A stretch of 64,000 nt of DNA from Synechococcus sp. ELA057 (GTDB lineage Bacteria; Cyanobacteriota; Cyanobacteriia; PCC-6307; Cyanobiaceae). Position 1 is the stretch's first letter, and every line of letters begins with the position of its first letter. The position numbers were made by a program, and so were the translations under genes. The stretch covers positions 3,569 to 67,568 of the forward strand of contig JBAWXG010000001.1 in NCBI GenBank assembly GCA_037144195.1, written 5' to 3'. Shown in pieces: positions 49,027 to 59,521 of the stretch. A model generated the notes under the pieces. That model searched no databases. It was not told the DNA's origin and saw only the letters and a program-made list of their open reading frames with translations.

Positions 49027-49763
49027 AGGAGTTCCTCGATGTAGCGGTCGGCCCAGTGGGGATCGAACGCCTTCTCCAACACCCGGCGGGTCTTGTCGTT
49101 TTGCTTCTGTTGCTTGCAATAGCCGAGCTGCCCGTGCCACCGCGCAACTGTATCGGGGTGCTCGGGGGGCTGAGACACCGCCGTCCCGGCGGCGGCGGCC
49201 AGCAGTTCGAGCGTGAAGGCCACCTCATCGACGAACCAGCTCTCCTCCTCGGGGCCCTCCGGCCGGACGAACAGCACCTGGGGCGAGAAGATCGAACCCC
49301 AGGGCGGCAGCTCACGCACCTGGGAGAAGGGCGGCCGCCGGCGGGCCTCCAGGGCCGAGAGGATCCCCTGAGGGAGAGAGCCGCTCACCGGGGAGAGATC
49401 GACGATCGCCGCCGAGACGCCGCCCCGGCCGGCCACGATGTCGGCGCCGAAGACCGGCAGGTCGTAGCGGGGATCGGGGAAGAAGACGCAGTGCAGGATC
49501 TGCAGGCCGGCCCCGAGGCGTGCGGTCTCCAGATGCAGCTTGCGCAGTCCGCGGCAACGGTGCACCTCGTTGCGGATGAACAGGGCATCGCCATCGAGGC
49601 TGCCGCTGATCGCCTCGAGATCGGCCGCGATCGTCACCGGCTCCAGCCCGGGGAGCAGGGCACGGCAGGCGCGGATCCGCTCCGCCAGCACATCCACCAG
49701 CGGATGGATGCCACCGGCCTGGAGCATTCCCGCAAGCGCCGGGTCGGTGGAGGCCTGGTTCAT
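48999..49763 (-). CDS. pcyA: Phycocyanobilin:ferredoxin oxidoreductase
   Basis: [41 protein letters not shown] and [12 protein letters not shown]. Confidence 0.96.
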   Translation of the reverse strand: MNQASTDPALAGMLQAGGIHPLVDVLAERIRACRALLPGLEPVTIAADLEAISGSLDGDALFIRNEVHRCRGLRKLHLETARLGAGLQILHCVFFPDPRYDLPVFGADIVAGRGGVSAAIVDLSPVSGSLPQGILSALEARRRPPFSQVRELPPWGSIFSPQVLFVRPEGPEEESWFVDEVAFTLELLAAAAGTAVSQPPEHPDTVARWHGQLGYCKQQKQNDKTRRVLEKAFDPHWADRYIEELLFDDPVAPC

Positions 49764-49805
49764 GGGGCGCCACAGCCAGCAGAATGGCGATCCTGCCATG
49801 CATCC

Positions 49806-51080
49806 GTGAGTCGATCCCCCGTCCGCCCTGCATCGTTGCTGCCCGGCCTGGAGGATCCGATCCATCAGCGACTGGCCAATGGCGCCGAGATCGTGCAGCT
49901 GCCGCTGGCTGAAGCACCACTGATCTGCCTCGACTTCTGGTGCCGGGCCGGCAGCGCCTTCGAGACGTCGCAGGAGAGCGGCATGGCCCACTTCCTGGAA
50001 CACATGGTGTTCAAGGGCAGCCAGACGCTGGCGGCCGGGGAGTTCGACCGGCGCATCGAGGCCCTCGGGGGCAGCAGCAATGCGGCCACCGGCTTCGACG
50101 ATGTGCACTTCCACGTGCTGATCCCGCCCGAGGGGGCGGCCGAGGCCCTGGAGCTGCTGCTGGATCTTGTGCTGCACCCGCGGCTGGAGGCCGAGGCCTT
50201 CGCCATGGAGCGGCAGGTGGTGCTCGAGGAGCTCGCCCAGAGCGAGGATCAGCCCGAGGAGGTGGCCCTGCAGCGGCTGCTGCATCAGGCCTGCCCTGCC
50301 CATGCCTACGGGCTGCCGATCCTGGGCCGGCGCCAGGAGCTGCTGCGCCACGCCCCTGCAGCCATGGCGGGCTTTCACCAGCGCCTCTACGGCGGCCGCA
50401 ACTGCGTGCTGGCCCTGAGCGGCGCCGTGGCCGATGGGGAACTGCTGCAGCGGGTGCTCGATGGCCCCCTGGCGGCACTGCCGGCAGGTGAGGCGCCGAG
50501 TCCCAGCCCGCTGGAGCAGGTGATCGCCGGCGAGCAGCGGATCGTCCTGCCGCGGCTGGAGGCGGCCCGGCTGCTGATGGCCTGGTGGCAACCTCCCGCC
50601 TCCGATCTCCACGGGGCGATGGGCTGCGATCTGGCCACCAGCCTGCTGGCGGAGGGGCGCCGCAGCCGCCTGGTGGAGCGCCTGCGCGAACAACTGCGGA
50701 TCGTCGAGAGCGTGGATCTCGATCTGCATGCGATGGAGTGCGGCGGCCTCGCCCTGCTGGAGGCCGTGTGCGAACCGGAGGATCTGCCGGCGGTGCGCGA
50801 GGCGATCACCGCGGTGTGGCAGGAGCTGATGGATCAGGAGATCAACGAAGCGGAATGGCAGCGGGTGAAGCGGCTGGTGGCGAATGCCTACCGCTTCTCG
50901 CTGGAATCGGCCGGCGCTCTGGCCGGTCTGATCGGCAACAACAGCCTCTGGGGCCGGCGTCATCGCCTCGATGCGCCGCTGGAGCTTCTGGAGCGCTGGG
51001 ATCCGGACAGCCTGCGGCTCCAGGCGCTGCCGCTGCTGAATCCGGAGCGGGCCGCCGTGCTCGAGGCGGTGCCGGCATGA
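49806..51080 (+). CDS. M16 (pitrilysin) zinc peptidase, catalytic subunit
   Basis: [13 protein letters not shown] (HXXEH), NAATGFD and ERQVVLEE. Confidence 0.9.
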   Translation: MSRSPVRPASLLPGLEDPIHQRLANGAEIVQLPLAEAPLICLDFWCRAGSAFETSQESGMAHFLEHMVFKGSQTLAAGEFDRRIEALGGSSNAATGFDDVHFHVLIPPEGAAEALELLLDLVLHPRLEAEAFAMERQVVLEELAQSEDQPEEVALQRLLHQACPAHAYGLPILGRRQELLRHAPAAMAGFHQRLYGGRNCVLALSGAVADGELLQRVLDGPLAALPAGEAPSPSPLEQVIAGEQRIVLPRLEAARLLMAWWQPPASDLHGAMGCDLATSLLAEGRRSRLVERLREQLRIVESVDLDLHAMECGGLALLEAVCEPEDLPAVREAITAVWQELMDQEINEAEWQRVKRLVANAYRFSLESAGALAGLIGNNSLWGRRHRLDAPLELLERWDPDSLRLQALPLLNPERAAVLEAVPA

Positions 51081-52384
51081 GCAGCGGCGTTGGCTCACAG
51101 GTCCTGGAAGAGGGGCTGACCCTGAGCGGCGGATTGCCACTGCGGCTGATCCATCGCCCCGGCCCGGCGCTGCTGGCAGCCCGGTTGGTGGTGCGAGGGG
51201 GAAGTGCGGCAGATCCCGAGGGTCAGCGCGGGGCCCACCAGCTGCTGGCCGGCTTGATGAGCAGGGGTTGCGGCGATCTCGATGCCGAGGCTCTGGCCGA
51301 TCGGGTGGAGGGAGCCGGGGCGGGTCTGCGGGCAGAGGCGGGAGAAGACAACCTGGTGCTGGCTCTCAAGTGCGCCGCACCCGATGCGGCCGAGCTGCTG
51401 CCCCTGCTGCTGCAGATGGTGCGCCAGCCGCGGCTGGAACCCGATCAGCTGGAGCTGGAACGGCAGCTGAACCTGCAGACCCTGCAGCGGCAGCGGGAGG
51501 ATCCCTTCCAACTGGCCCACGACCAGCTCAGGCGTCAGCTCTACGGCCGGGGCCCCTACGGCCACGACCCACTGGGGGTGGAGCAGGAGCTTGAGAACAT
51601 CGAGCAACCCCAGCTGCAGCCGCTGGTGCAGGGTCTCGGGGCCCAGGGTGCTCTGCTGGTGCTGTGCGGGGAGCTGCCGGAGCAGCCGCTGGCGCTGCTC
51701 GAGAGCGCCGTGCCGGGAGAGCCCTGGAGCACTGGGCTGCCGCTGCCCGCAGGACCCGCTGCAACGGCCCACGACGGCGCAGGGCCGCGCCTGTGCGTTC
51801 TGGAGCAGGAGACCGAGCAGCTGGTGCTGCTGCTGGGCTGCCGCACCCTGCCCTTCGGCCATGAGGACACCCTGGCGCTGCGGCTGCTGCAGGCCCATCT
51901 GGGTGTGGGCATGTCGAGCCGGCTGTTCATCACCATGCGGGAGGAACGGGGCCTGGCCTACGACGTGGGCGTGCATCTGCCGGCCCGGCTCGTGGAGGCG
52001 CCCTTCGTGATGCATCTCTCCACATCGGCGGAGAGGGCGGCGGAGGCCTGCGCCTGCTTGCTGGAGGAATGGCAGCGGCTATTGGAGCAGCCCCTTTCGG
52101 CAGCGGAACTGGAGCTGGCCCTGGCCAAGCACCGCGGCCAGGACGCGATGGCCCGCCAGACCTGCGGCCAGATCGCCGAACGCGCCGCCCTGCTGCTCAG
52201 CCACGGCCTGCCGGCCGATCACTTCGAGCGCTGCCTGGAGCGGGCCGGGAGCCTCAGCCCCGAGGAGCTGCAACGGGCGGCCCAGCGCTGGCTGCAAGCA
52301 CCGAGCCTCAGCCTGGTGGGCCCTTCAGAAACCATTGCGGCAGCGAGCCGGGTGTGGGAGCGGCACCGGACAGGGGAGGGGTGA
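51077..52384 (+). CDS. M16 peptidase-like non-catalytic subunit
   Basis: ATGA overlap with the upstream gene; HQLLA in place of HXXEH; GMSSRLF...[10 protein letters not shown]. Confidence 0.85.
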   Translation: MSSGVGSQVLEEGLTLSGGLPLRLIHRPGPALLAARLVVRGGSAADPEGQRGAHQLLAGLMSRGCGDLDAEALADRVEGAGAGLRAEAGEDNLVLALKCAAPDAAELLPLLLQMVRQPRLEPDQLELERQLNLQTLQRQREDPFQLAHDQLRRQLYGRGPYGHDPLGVEQELENIEQPQLQPLVQGLGAQGALLVLCGELPEQPLALLESAVPGEPWSTGLPLPAGPAATAHDGAGPRLCVLEQETEQLVLLLGCRTLPFGHEDTLALRLLQAHLGVGMSSRLFITMREERGLAYDVGVHLPARLVEAPFVMHLSTSAERAAEACACLLEEWQRLLEQPLSAAELELALAKHRGQDAMARQTCGQIAERAALLLSHGLPADHFERCLERAGSLSPEELQRAAQRWLQAPSLSLVGPSETIAAASRVWERHRTGEG

Positions 52385-52411
52385 ACCCTTCGCCCGACCC
52401 AGCCCGCGCCC

Positions 52412-52444
52412 GCTTTGCGTGCGTCTGGACCCGACGCACGAAGC
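52412..52444. terminator. Hairpin between convergent M16 and sipA genes
   Basis: GCTT..CGTGCGTC-loop-GACGCACG-AAGC inverted repeat. Confidence 0.5.
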
Positions 52445-52454
52445 AACCGATCCG

Positions 52455-52769
52455 CTAACCCGCTGCACCCTCACCCACGGCGCTCTCCAGCAGCTCCCCC
52501 GCGATCAGATAGGTCCCGCGGCGGAAGCGCACGGCGTAGTGGCCCTGGGGCCGCAGCTCCATCACCACCCCGACCTCCTGGTCATCGACCAGGTCCGGTG
52601 GCCGCAGCATCGGCATCGGATCGGCGCTCTTGAGATAACGGGGCCGTTGCGTCAACCGCACCATCTGCCCGACCGCGAAGCTCTGCGGCGTTGCTGGAGA
52701 GGCTTCTGCTGCTGCGGCGTCCCCTGAAGCGGTGACCGCAGCCGTGGGGTCTGACGCGGAGGCGGGCAT
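52455..52769 (-). CDS. sipA: SipA (NblS/Hik33-interacting, DUF3148)
   Basis: YLKSADPMPMLRPPDLV...AVRFRRGTYL SH3-like domain. Confidence 0.85.
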   Translation of the reverse strand: MPASASDPTAAVTASGDAAAAEASPATPQSFAVGQMVRLTQRPRYLKSADPMPMLRPPDLVDDQEVGVVMELRPQGHYAVRFRRGTYLIAGELLESAVGEGAAG

Positions 52770-52879
52770 CCGAAGGCTCCTGATCATCTGCCCTCTCAGC
52801 ATGGCGAAGCGTCCGGTGGCATGGCCTGCCGCCAGCTTCATCGGGCCCACCCTTTTCAGCTGCAGCCACCTGCTGCAGG

Positions 52880-53476
52880 ATGGGCCCCTATCACCACACT
52901 GCGCCATTGCGAGCCCTTGCCACCTGGAGCGGTGCCATCGCCGGGCTGCTGCTGATCCTGGTCGGTGGTCTGATCCCAGCCGCCTTTCCGGTGCCAACCG
53001 GTGGTGACCTGCACCTGCAACCCCTGGGCATCACGCTGCAGGTGCCGGCGCTGCTGCTCACCGCCCTGGTGGCAGGCCCCCGCAGCGCCCTGCTGGCGGC
53101 CGTGGCCTATCTCAGCGTCGGGCTGTTCCAGCTGCCGGTGTTTCATGAGGGCGGCGGTGTGGCCTACCTGCTCGACCCCGGTTTCGGCTACCTGGCCGGC
53201 TTCATCCCCGCCGCCTGGCTCGTCGGCAAGCTCTCGCGCCAGAGCGGCGTTGATGATCCCCTCAGCCTGGCGGTGCTCGCGGGCTTCGGGCTGCTGGTGA
53301 TCCATCTGTGCGGACTCACCAATCTGCTGCTCGGCACCTTGGCAGGCCGCTGGGGATCGGCCGCCGGCACGCTGCTGCTGGGCTACAGCATGGCGCTGCT
53401 GCCCCAGCTGCTGTTGTGCTGCGCCGTGGGCCTGCTGGCCTGGCTGCTGCGGCGCCTGCTGCTCATCCCCTCGTGA
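52880..53476 (+). CDS. bioY: Biotin transporter BioY
   Basis: ITLQVP, AYLSVGLFQLPVF and GFGYLAGF. Confidence 0.9.
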   Translation: MGPYHHTAPLRALATWSGAIAGLLLILVGGLIPAAFPVPTGGDLHLQPLGITLQVPALLLTALVAGPRSALLAAVAYLSVGLFQLPVFHEGGGVAYLLDPGFGYLAGFIPAAWLVGKLSRQSGVDDPLSLAVLAGFGLLVIHLCGLTNLLLGTLAGRWGSAAGTLLLGYSMALLPQLLLCCAVGLLAWLLRRLLLIPS

Positions 53477-53991
53477 GCCCCGCTCCATCCACCAGACAGA
53501 ACCAGCCGACGCCCGCGCGACGCCAGCGCTGGCCCTGGCTGGTGGCCCTGGTGGTGCTGGGACTCGATCAATTCAGCAAGGCCTGGGCGCTGCAGCAGCT
53601 GCCCGCTGGCCAGGTGGCCCCGCTGCTGCCCGGGTTGCTGCAGCTGCGACGGGTGGGCAACAGCGGCGCCGCCTTCAGCCTGCTGAGCGGCAACAGCCTG
53701 GGATTGGGCCTGGTCAGCGCTGCTGTGGCCCTGGCGGTGGCAGGCTGGATGCTGCTGCGCCCGCCGCAGGGCCGCTGGTTGAAACTGGCGGCAGCCCTGG
53801 TGCTTGCCGGGGCCATCGGCAACGGCCTCGACCGCTGGCGTCACGGCGCCGTGGTCGACTTTCTGGAGCTGGTGCCGATCCAGTTCCCGATCTTCAACAT
53901 CGCCGATGTGGCCATCAATGTCGCCGTTGTCTGCTTCCTGCTCGACAGCTGGCCCCGCCGGCAACCGCCAGGACCACCTGCTTCCGTCTGA
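53473..53991 (+). CDS. lspA: Lipoprotein signal peptidase II
   Basis: LDQFSK, NSGAAFS, GAIGNGLDR, VVDFL and FNIAD. Confidence 0.93.
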   Translation: MSPAPSTRQNQPTPARRQRWPWLVALVVLGLDQFSKAWALQQLPAGQVAPLLPGLLQLRRVGNSGAAFSLLSGNSLGLGLVSAAVALAVAGWMLLRPPQGRWLKLAAALVLAGAIGNGLDRWRHGAVVDFLELVPIQFPIFNIADVAINVAVVCFLLDSWPRRQPPGPPASV

Positions 53992-54025
53992 GGCGCCCAA
54001 GCGGCGCCTGATGCCCTGACGCGCC

Positions 54026-56173
54026 ATGGCCGAGACCGCTCTGGAAATCAGCCAGCCCGGCCAGGAGACCCGCCGGATCGTGCTCCATCCCGGCTGCTAT
54101 CGCATCGGCCGCGACAGCACGGCGGAGGTGGTGCTGCCCCATGGGGCGATCAGCCGTCGCCATGCCCTGCTGGAGCTGCGGGGCGGCCATTGGCTGCTGC
54201 AGGACGACCAATCGACCAACGGGCTGTGGTGGAAGGGCAGACGGATCCAGCAGCTGCTTCTGCGCGATGGCGACCGGGTGCGCTTCGGCCCCGATGAGCA
54301 GCAGGACCTGCCCGAGATCCGTTTCAGGGCGCCTGGGGCCTCGCGCCGGCGCCGCCTGCTGCGGGCGGGTGCGCTGGCTCTGGCGGCGGCGGCAGGGGGC
54401 GGCCTGCTGCTGCTGCTGGTGGGCGCAGTGCAGCAGCCGGTCCGCAGCCAGCTGAGTTCGCTGCGGGGCCCGCTGCTGTTGTTCGATCGCAACGGGCAGC
54501 CGATCGCCTCTGTCAACGACCAGAGCCGCCGCGAGCTGGCCTCGCTCGACGGTTACGCGCCTGTGCTGATCGATGCCCTGCTGGCCAGCGAGGACAGCCG
54601 CTTCTGGTGGCACCCGGGCGTCGATCCGATCGGCACCGGCCGCGCCCTGCTCAGCAACCTGGTGGGTGGACGGGTGCGTGAAGGCGGCAGCACCCTCACC
54701 CAGCAGCTGGCCCGCAGCCTCTATCCCGAGCAGGTGGGCCAGGGGGAGACCCTCGGCCGCAAATGGCGGGAGCTGTTGGTGGCGCTGCAACTGGAGGCCC
54801 GCTTCAGCAAGCGCGATCTGCTGCTGAGCTATCTCAACAACGTCTATCTGGGGGCGGGTTGGGGCTTTGAGTCGGCCTCCCGGCGCCTGTTCGGCCGGTC
54901 GGCCGCCGACCTGAAGCTGGAGGAAGCGGCCCTGCTGGTGGGGCTGCTGCCCTCACCCAACAGCTACGACCCCTGCCTGGATCCCCAGGCCGCCCTGGAT
55001 GCCCGCAACACCGTGCTGGCGAAGATGGAGGACAACGGCAGGCTCAGCGCTGAACAGGCCAGGGCCGCAAGGCGCCGGCCGATCCAGCTGGCGCCGGCCG
55101 CCTGCCGGCCGAGCAAGCGTCGGGCGCTGCCGTTCTACAGCGATCAGGTGCGCCGGGATCTGGAACGCACGGTGGGACCGGATGTCGCCAGCGAAGGCAA
55201 CTTCCTGCTCGACACCTACCTCGATCCCAACCTGCAGGAGCTGGTGGAGCGCCTGCTGCGCCAGCAGATCGATGCCAGCCGCCCCCTGGGGGTGAGCGAA
55301 GGGGCGGTGGTGGTGCTCGACAGCCGCACCAACGGCATCCTGGCCCTCGCCGGTGGGCGCGATTACCGCCAGAGCCAGTTCAACAGAGCCACCATGGCCC
55401 TGCGGCAACCGGGCAGCACCTTCAAGCTGATCACCTATCTGCTGGCCCTGGAGCAGGGAGCCAAGCCCGAGGATGCGATCCGCTGCGATGGGCTCGACTG
55501 GATGGGCCAGCACTTCGCCAGCGGCTGCGGCGGCAGCATCAGCCTGCGGCAGGCCCTGGCGATCAGCAGTAACACCGCCGCCCTGCGGCTGGCCCGCCGA
55601 GTCGGGCTGGAATCGATCGTGCGCAAGGCCCGCGAACTGGGCATCACCACACCCCTCAATCCCGTGCCGGGCCTGGCCCTGGGCCAGAGCGAGGTGACCC
55701 TGCTGGAGCTCACTGCCGCCTACGGCGCCGTGGCCAGCGATGGCCTCTGGCGCGCGCCGACCACGATCCGCCAGCTCACCGATGCAGAAGTCTGCCGCGG
55801 CAGCAACGCGGGCTCCTGCAACAGGCAGTCCGGCGCGTCGAAGGGCAGCAAGGCCTCCAGCGATGCGGCCACGCCGCTGGCCCCGGGCCGCAGGGTGATG
55901 AAAGCCTCCACGGCGAAGACGCTGCAGAGCATGTTCGCCTCGGTGGTGCGCAGCGGCACCGGCACCGCCGCCTCCCTGGGCGGAGGTGAATGGGGCAAGA
56001 CCGGCACCACCAACGACGGCCGCGACCTGCTGTTCATCGGGGTGGAGCCGAAGCGTCACTGGGTGATCGGCATCTGGCTCGGCAACGACGACAACCGCCC
56101 GACCCAGTCCAGCAGCGCCCTGGCAGCCTCCCTCTGGGCCGAGATCGTGCGCAGCTCAAGCCCATCGAGCTGA
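54026..56173 (+). CDS. FHA domain-containing class A penicillin-binding protein
   Basis: FHA (IGRD, ISRRHA, STNG), TM helix, transglycosylase (EDSRF, GGSTLTQQL, RKWRE) and transpeptidase (STFK, SSN, KTG). Confidence 0.92.
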   Translation: MAETALEISQPGQETRRIVLHPGCYRIGRDSTAEVVLPHGAISRRHALLELRGGHWLLQDDQSTNGLWWKGRRIQQLLLRDGDRVRFGPDEQQDLPEIRFRAPGASRRRRLLRAGALALAAAAGGGLLLLLVGAVQQPVRSQLSSLRGPLLLFDRNGQPIASVNDQSRRELASLDGYAPVLIDALLASEDSRFWWHPGVDPIGTGRALLSNLVGGRVREGGSTLTQQLARSLYPEQVGQGETLGRKWRELLVALQLEARFSKRDLLLSYLNNVYLGAGWGFESASRRLFGRSAADLKLEEAALLVGLLPSPNSYDPCLDPQAALDARNTVLAKMEDNGRLSAEQARAARRRPIQLAPAACRPSKRRALPFYSDQVRRDLERTVGPDVASEGNFLLDTYLDPNLQELVERLLRQQIDASRPLGVSEGAVVVLDSRTNGILALAGGRDYRQSQFNRATMALRQPGSTFKLITYLLALEQGAKPEDAIRCDGLDWMGQHFASGCGGSISLRQALAISSNTAALRLARRVGLESIVRKARELGITTPLNPVPGLALGQSEVTLLELTAAYGAVASDGLWRAPTTIRQLTDAEVCRGSNAGSCNRQSGASKGSKASSDAATPLAPGRRVMKASTAKTLQSMFASVVRSGTGTAASLGGGEWGKTGTTNDGRDLLFIGVEPKRHWVIGIWLGNDDNRPTQSSSALAASLWAEIVRSSSPSS

Positions 56174-56260
56174 GGTGGGGCGCCGCTCCGGCTTGGCGGA
56201 TCGTCAGCGGGGCGGGATCATCCAGTCCATGGCCAAGCCCCAGCCCAGGACACTGCAGCC

Positions 56261-57808
56261 ATGAAGATGCCGGGCCGCCTCACGCTCTGGCTGGCCGCAG
56301 GCCTCCTGCTGCTGGTGGTGGCGGCCGTGGTGCTGCAGGCCCTGAACCAGCTGATCTGGCAGCTGAGCTACTGGCTGCCGGGCTGGCTGATCGGCCCGCT
56401 GCTGCTGCTGATCGTCGCCGCCCTGCTGCTCGCCGTGGGGCCGATCGCCTGGCCCTGGCTGCGTTCCCTGTTGCGAAGTGGCCGGGCTGAGGGCAAGGCC
56501 AGCCCGCCACCCCCCTCCCGCAACCGCCGCGAGGCCGCCCAGCGCAACCTCAGCGCCATCGAGCAGACCCTTGAGCAGGTGCGCGATGCGGTGGAGCGGC
56601 AGGCGCTGGAGCAGGAGCGCCGCCGCATGCAGGCCGAGCTGGAGCGGGGCGATCTGGTGATCACCGTGTTCGGCGCCGGCTCCACGGGCAAGACATCGCT
56701 GATCCGCAGCCTGCTGGGGGAACTGGTGGGAACGGTGGGCGCCCCGATGGGCTCCACCAGTGAGACAGCCCGCTACCGGCTGCGGCTGAGCGGTCTGGAG
56801 CGGGCGGTGATTCTGGAGGACACCCCCGGCATCCTGGAAGCCGGCAGCGAAGGCCGCCAGCGGGAGCGCACCGCCCGCAACCAGGCTGCCCGGGCCGATC
56901 TGCTGCTGCTGGTGGTCGATGGCGACCTGCGCCAGGCCGAGCTGGAGGTGTTCGACACCCTGGCCAGCCTGGGCAAGCGCCTGCTGCTCGTGCTCAACAA
57001 GTGCGACCTGCGCGGAGAACAGGAGGAACAACGGCTGCTGGCGCTGCTGCGCCGACGCTGCGCCGGGCGGATCGCTGGGGAGGATGTGGTCGCCGCCAGC
57101 GCCTCGCCCCAGAGCGTGCCGATGCCGGGCGGACGGCCGCTGCAACCCCAGCCGGAAGTGGAGGCCCTGGTGCGGCGGCTGGCGGCGGTGCTCCACGCCG
57201 ACGGCGAGGAACTGATCGCCGACAACCTGCTGCTGCAGTGCCGCCAGCTGGGTGAAGCCAGCCGCAACCTGCTCGATCGTCAGCGCCGCCGCGACGCCGA
57301 GGCGATCGTGGACCGCTACGGCTGGATCGGTGCCGGCGTGGTGGCTCTCACCCCCCTGCCCGGGGTGGATCTGCTGGGGGCGGCGGCCGTCAATGCCCAG
57401 ATGGTGGTGGAGCTCGGCCGCGCGTACGGGGTGACCCTCAGCCGCGAGACCGCCCAGGACCTGGCCCTTTCGGTGGGGCGAACCCTGGTGGGTCTCGGCC
57501 TGGTGAAGGGGGGCCTGGCACTGCTGGAGACCGCGCTGAGCCTCAACCTGCCGACACTGCTGCTGGGGCGCGCGCTGCAGGCTGTGGGAGCGGCCTGGCT
57601 GACACGCGTGGCCGGGCGCAGTTTCATCGTCTATTTCCAGCAGGGCCAGGACTGGGGCGATGGCGGCCTGCAACAGGTGCTGCAGCGGGAGTACGACCTC
57701 AGCCGGCGGCAGGACGTGTTGCAGCAGTTTCTGCAGGCGGCGCTGCGGCGGGTGGTGGAGCCGCTGCAGCGGCAGCAGGAGCGGCTGCCACCACGGCCTG
57801 GGGGCTGA
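56261..57808 (+). CDS. YcjF/DUF697 family membrane GTPase
   Basis: Two TM helices, GAGSTGKTS, DTPG, NKCD and C-terminal TPLPGVDLL. Confidence 0.85.
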   Translation: MKMPGRLTLWLAAGLLLLVVAAVVLQALNQLIWQLSYWLPGWLIGPLLLLIVAALLLAVGPIAWPWLRSLLRSGRAEGKASPPPPSRNRREAAQRNLSAIEQTLEQVRDAVERQALEQERRRMQAELERGDLVITVFGAGSTGKTSLIRSLLGELVGTVGAPMGSTSETARYRLRLSGLERAVILEDTPGILEAGSEGRQRERTARNQAARADLLLLVVDGDLRQAELEVFDTLASLGKRLLLVLNKCDLRGEQEEQRLLALLRRRCAGRIAGEDVVAASASPQSVPMPGGRPLQPQPEVEALVRRLAAVLHADGEELIADNLLLQCRQLGEASRNLLDRQRRRDAEAIVDRYGWIGAGVVALTPLPGVDLLGAAAVNAQMVVELGRAYGVTLSRETAQDLALSVGRTLVGLGLVKGGLALLETALSLNLPTLLLGRALQAVGAAWLTRVAGRSFIVYFQQGQDWGDGGLQQVLQREYDLSRRQDVLQQFLQAALRRVVEPLQRQQERLPPRPGG

Positions 57809-57974
57809 AGCCCAGGGCCTCCGGTGGCGGCGGCAGCAGCGGGCCGCGGCTGTCGAGCAGGGTGATCAGCACCAGATAGGCCACCCCGATCAGGATCGAG
57901 AGGGCACCGGTGAGGATGGCCACCCAGCGGGCGCGGCCGGAGTCCGGGGGCGTTGGTCTGGGGCTCTGGGTCAT
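57699..57974 (-). CDS. Small single-TM conserved cyanobacterial protein
   Basis: RWVAILTGALSILIGVAYLVLITLLDSRGPLLPPPPEALG; the tail overlaps the convergent GTPase gene. Confidence 0.65.
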   Translation of the reverse strand: MTQSPRPTPPDSGRARWVAILTGALSILIGVAYLVLITLLDSRGPLLPPPPEALGFSPQAVVAAAPAAAAAAPPPAAAPPAETAATRPAAG

Positions 57975-57983
57975 CGCCTGGTT

Positions 57984-59375
57984 TCAATCCTCCAGCGGCG
58001 TGCTGGCCACCACGTCGGCCAGCCGCGCGAGATGCTCGGGCCGGGTGTGGGGGTTGCCCAGGACGGCCTTGAGGTGATGCAGGCCTTGATAGTGCGGCCG
58101 CGAAAGCATCAGCTGCTCGGCCAGCAGGGCGGCGCGGCAGCGCTCCGACCAGCGCGCCAGGGCGGGGGCGTCGCCGCAGCGGGGACGGAAGGCCAGCAGG
58201 TGCAGGGGGCCACCACACAGCAGCAGCCTCCCGTCGCTCGCCAGCCGCTGCTGCAGCAGACGCCTGCGTTCGATGGCGCCATCGACCAGGGCGTTGATTC
58301 CCTCGAGCCCCAGCTGACGCAGCCCCAGCCAGAGCTTGAGGATCTCCGCCGGGCGGCTGCCCTGCAGACCGAGCTCGCCGCCATGGCCGCCGCCCCAGCT
58401 GGGCTCCATGTAGGGCAGACCGGTGCCGAAGGCCTGCTGCATCACCCCGGCCTGGGCCAGCAGCAGTAGAGAGGAAGTCTTGGTGATACCAAGCAGCTTC
58501 TGGGGGTTCACCGTGATCGAATCGGCAAGCTCCAGCCCCTGCAGCCGCTGCCTCTGATCCGGAGCCAGGGCGAAGACGGCGCCGATCGCCCCATCCACGT
58601 GCAGCCAGTGGTTGTGGCGGCGGCAGAGCGAAGCGATGGCGGGCAACGGATCCACGGCACCGCGCACCGTGGTGCCGGCCGTGGCCACCACGGCGATCAC
58701 CGGCGTACCGGCCCTCTCCAGCTGGACCAGCGCCTGCTCAAGCGCCCCGACGCAGAGCCGGCCGTCCGCATCGACCGGCAACCGTCGCAGAGCCTGGGGG
58801 GGCAGGCCCATCACCGTCATCGCCTTGGCGAAGGAGACGTGGGCGTCCTCGCTGCAGAGCACCACCGCATCGGCGCGTTGCGCGAGCCCGCGGCTGCAGC
58901 GTGCCGCCACCAGGGCCATCAGATTGCTGAGGGAGCCGCCGCTGGCGGGCACGCCACCGGATCCCTCCCCCAGGCCGAGCTGCCGCGCGAACCAGCGGCA
59001 GAGGCCCCGCTCCAGGCGGCTGAGGCTGGGGGAGAGCTCCTCGGCCAGCAGATTGTTGTTGAGGCCGGCGCAGATCAGATCGGCGGCGATCGAGGCCGAG
59101 AGGGCCGGTGGATCGAGATGGGCCAGAGCCCCGGGATGGCTGGGATTGAAGGCCCCCTCCATCACCTGCTGCAGATCGGCCAGCAGCCGATCGGGGCCGA
59201 GGCCCTGAATCTCCGGCTCCAGGCTCGGCAGCACGCTCAGAGGCGGCAGCGGCGATCCGCCGGAAGCACGGGCCAGCCAGTCGCAGAGCAGGCCGGACGC
59301 CCGCTGCAGAAACCGCTCCAAGGCAGGATCCAGCTGCTCCGGCGACGCGAAGGGGGCCAGCTCGGCCAGATCCAC
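57984..59375 (-). CDS. Group II PLP-dependent amino acid decarboxylase; start uncertain
   Basis: LAHLDPP, SGGSLSNL, AHVSFAK, TAGTTVRGAVD, WLHVDGA and ADSITVNPQK. Confidence 0.9.
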   Translation of the reverse strand: MDLAELAPFASPEQLDPALERFLQRASGLLCDWLARASGGSPLPPLSVLPSLEPEIQGLGPDRLLADLQQVMEGAFNPSHPGALAHLDPPALSASIAADLICAGLNNNLLAEELSPSLSRLERGLCRWFARQLGLGEGSGGVPASGGSLSNLMALVAARCSRGLAQRADAVVLCSEDAHVSFAKAMTVMGLPPQALRRLPVDADGRLCVGALEQALVQLERAGTPVIAVVATAGTTVRGAVDPLPAIASLCRRHNHWLHVDGAIGAVFALAPDQRQRLQGLELADSITVNPQKLLGITKTSSLLLLAQAGVMQQAFGTGLPYMEPSWGGGHGGELGLQGSRPAEILKLWLGLRQLGLEGINALVDGAIERRRLLQQRLASDGRLLLCGGPLHLLAFRPRCGDAPALARWSERCRAALLAEQLMLSRPHYQGLHHLKAVLGNPHTRPEHLARLADVVASTPLED

Positions 59376-59521
59376 GGCCCCTGAGCCCCGCAGGGCTGAG
59401 TCCTGCGGGGACACCCAGGAGGCGGGAGACTGGGACCGCTGGACGGGGATCGCGCGAGCCAACGGCGATGGACGATGTGGAGGCATTCTGCCCCGTGCCC
59501 GCTCCGGCCGAACCCGCAACG

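Noticed and set aside
48999-51140. Apparent 713-aa PcyA fusion and 674-aa extended M16 ORF
   Set aside because: Each extension is the antisense read of the divergent neighbour; real starts are near 49763 and 49806.
49806-52384. Active plus inactive M16 peptidase pair as a novel system
   Set aside because: This heterodimeric arrangement is well known in bacteria and mitochondrial processing peptidase.
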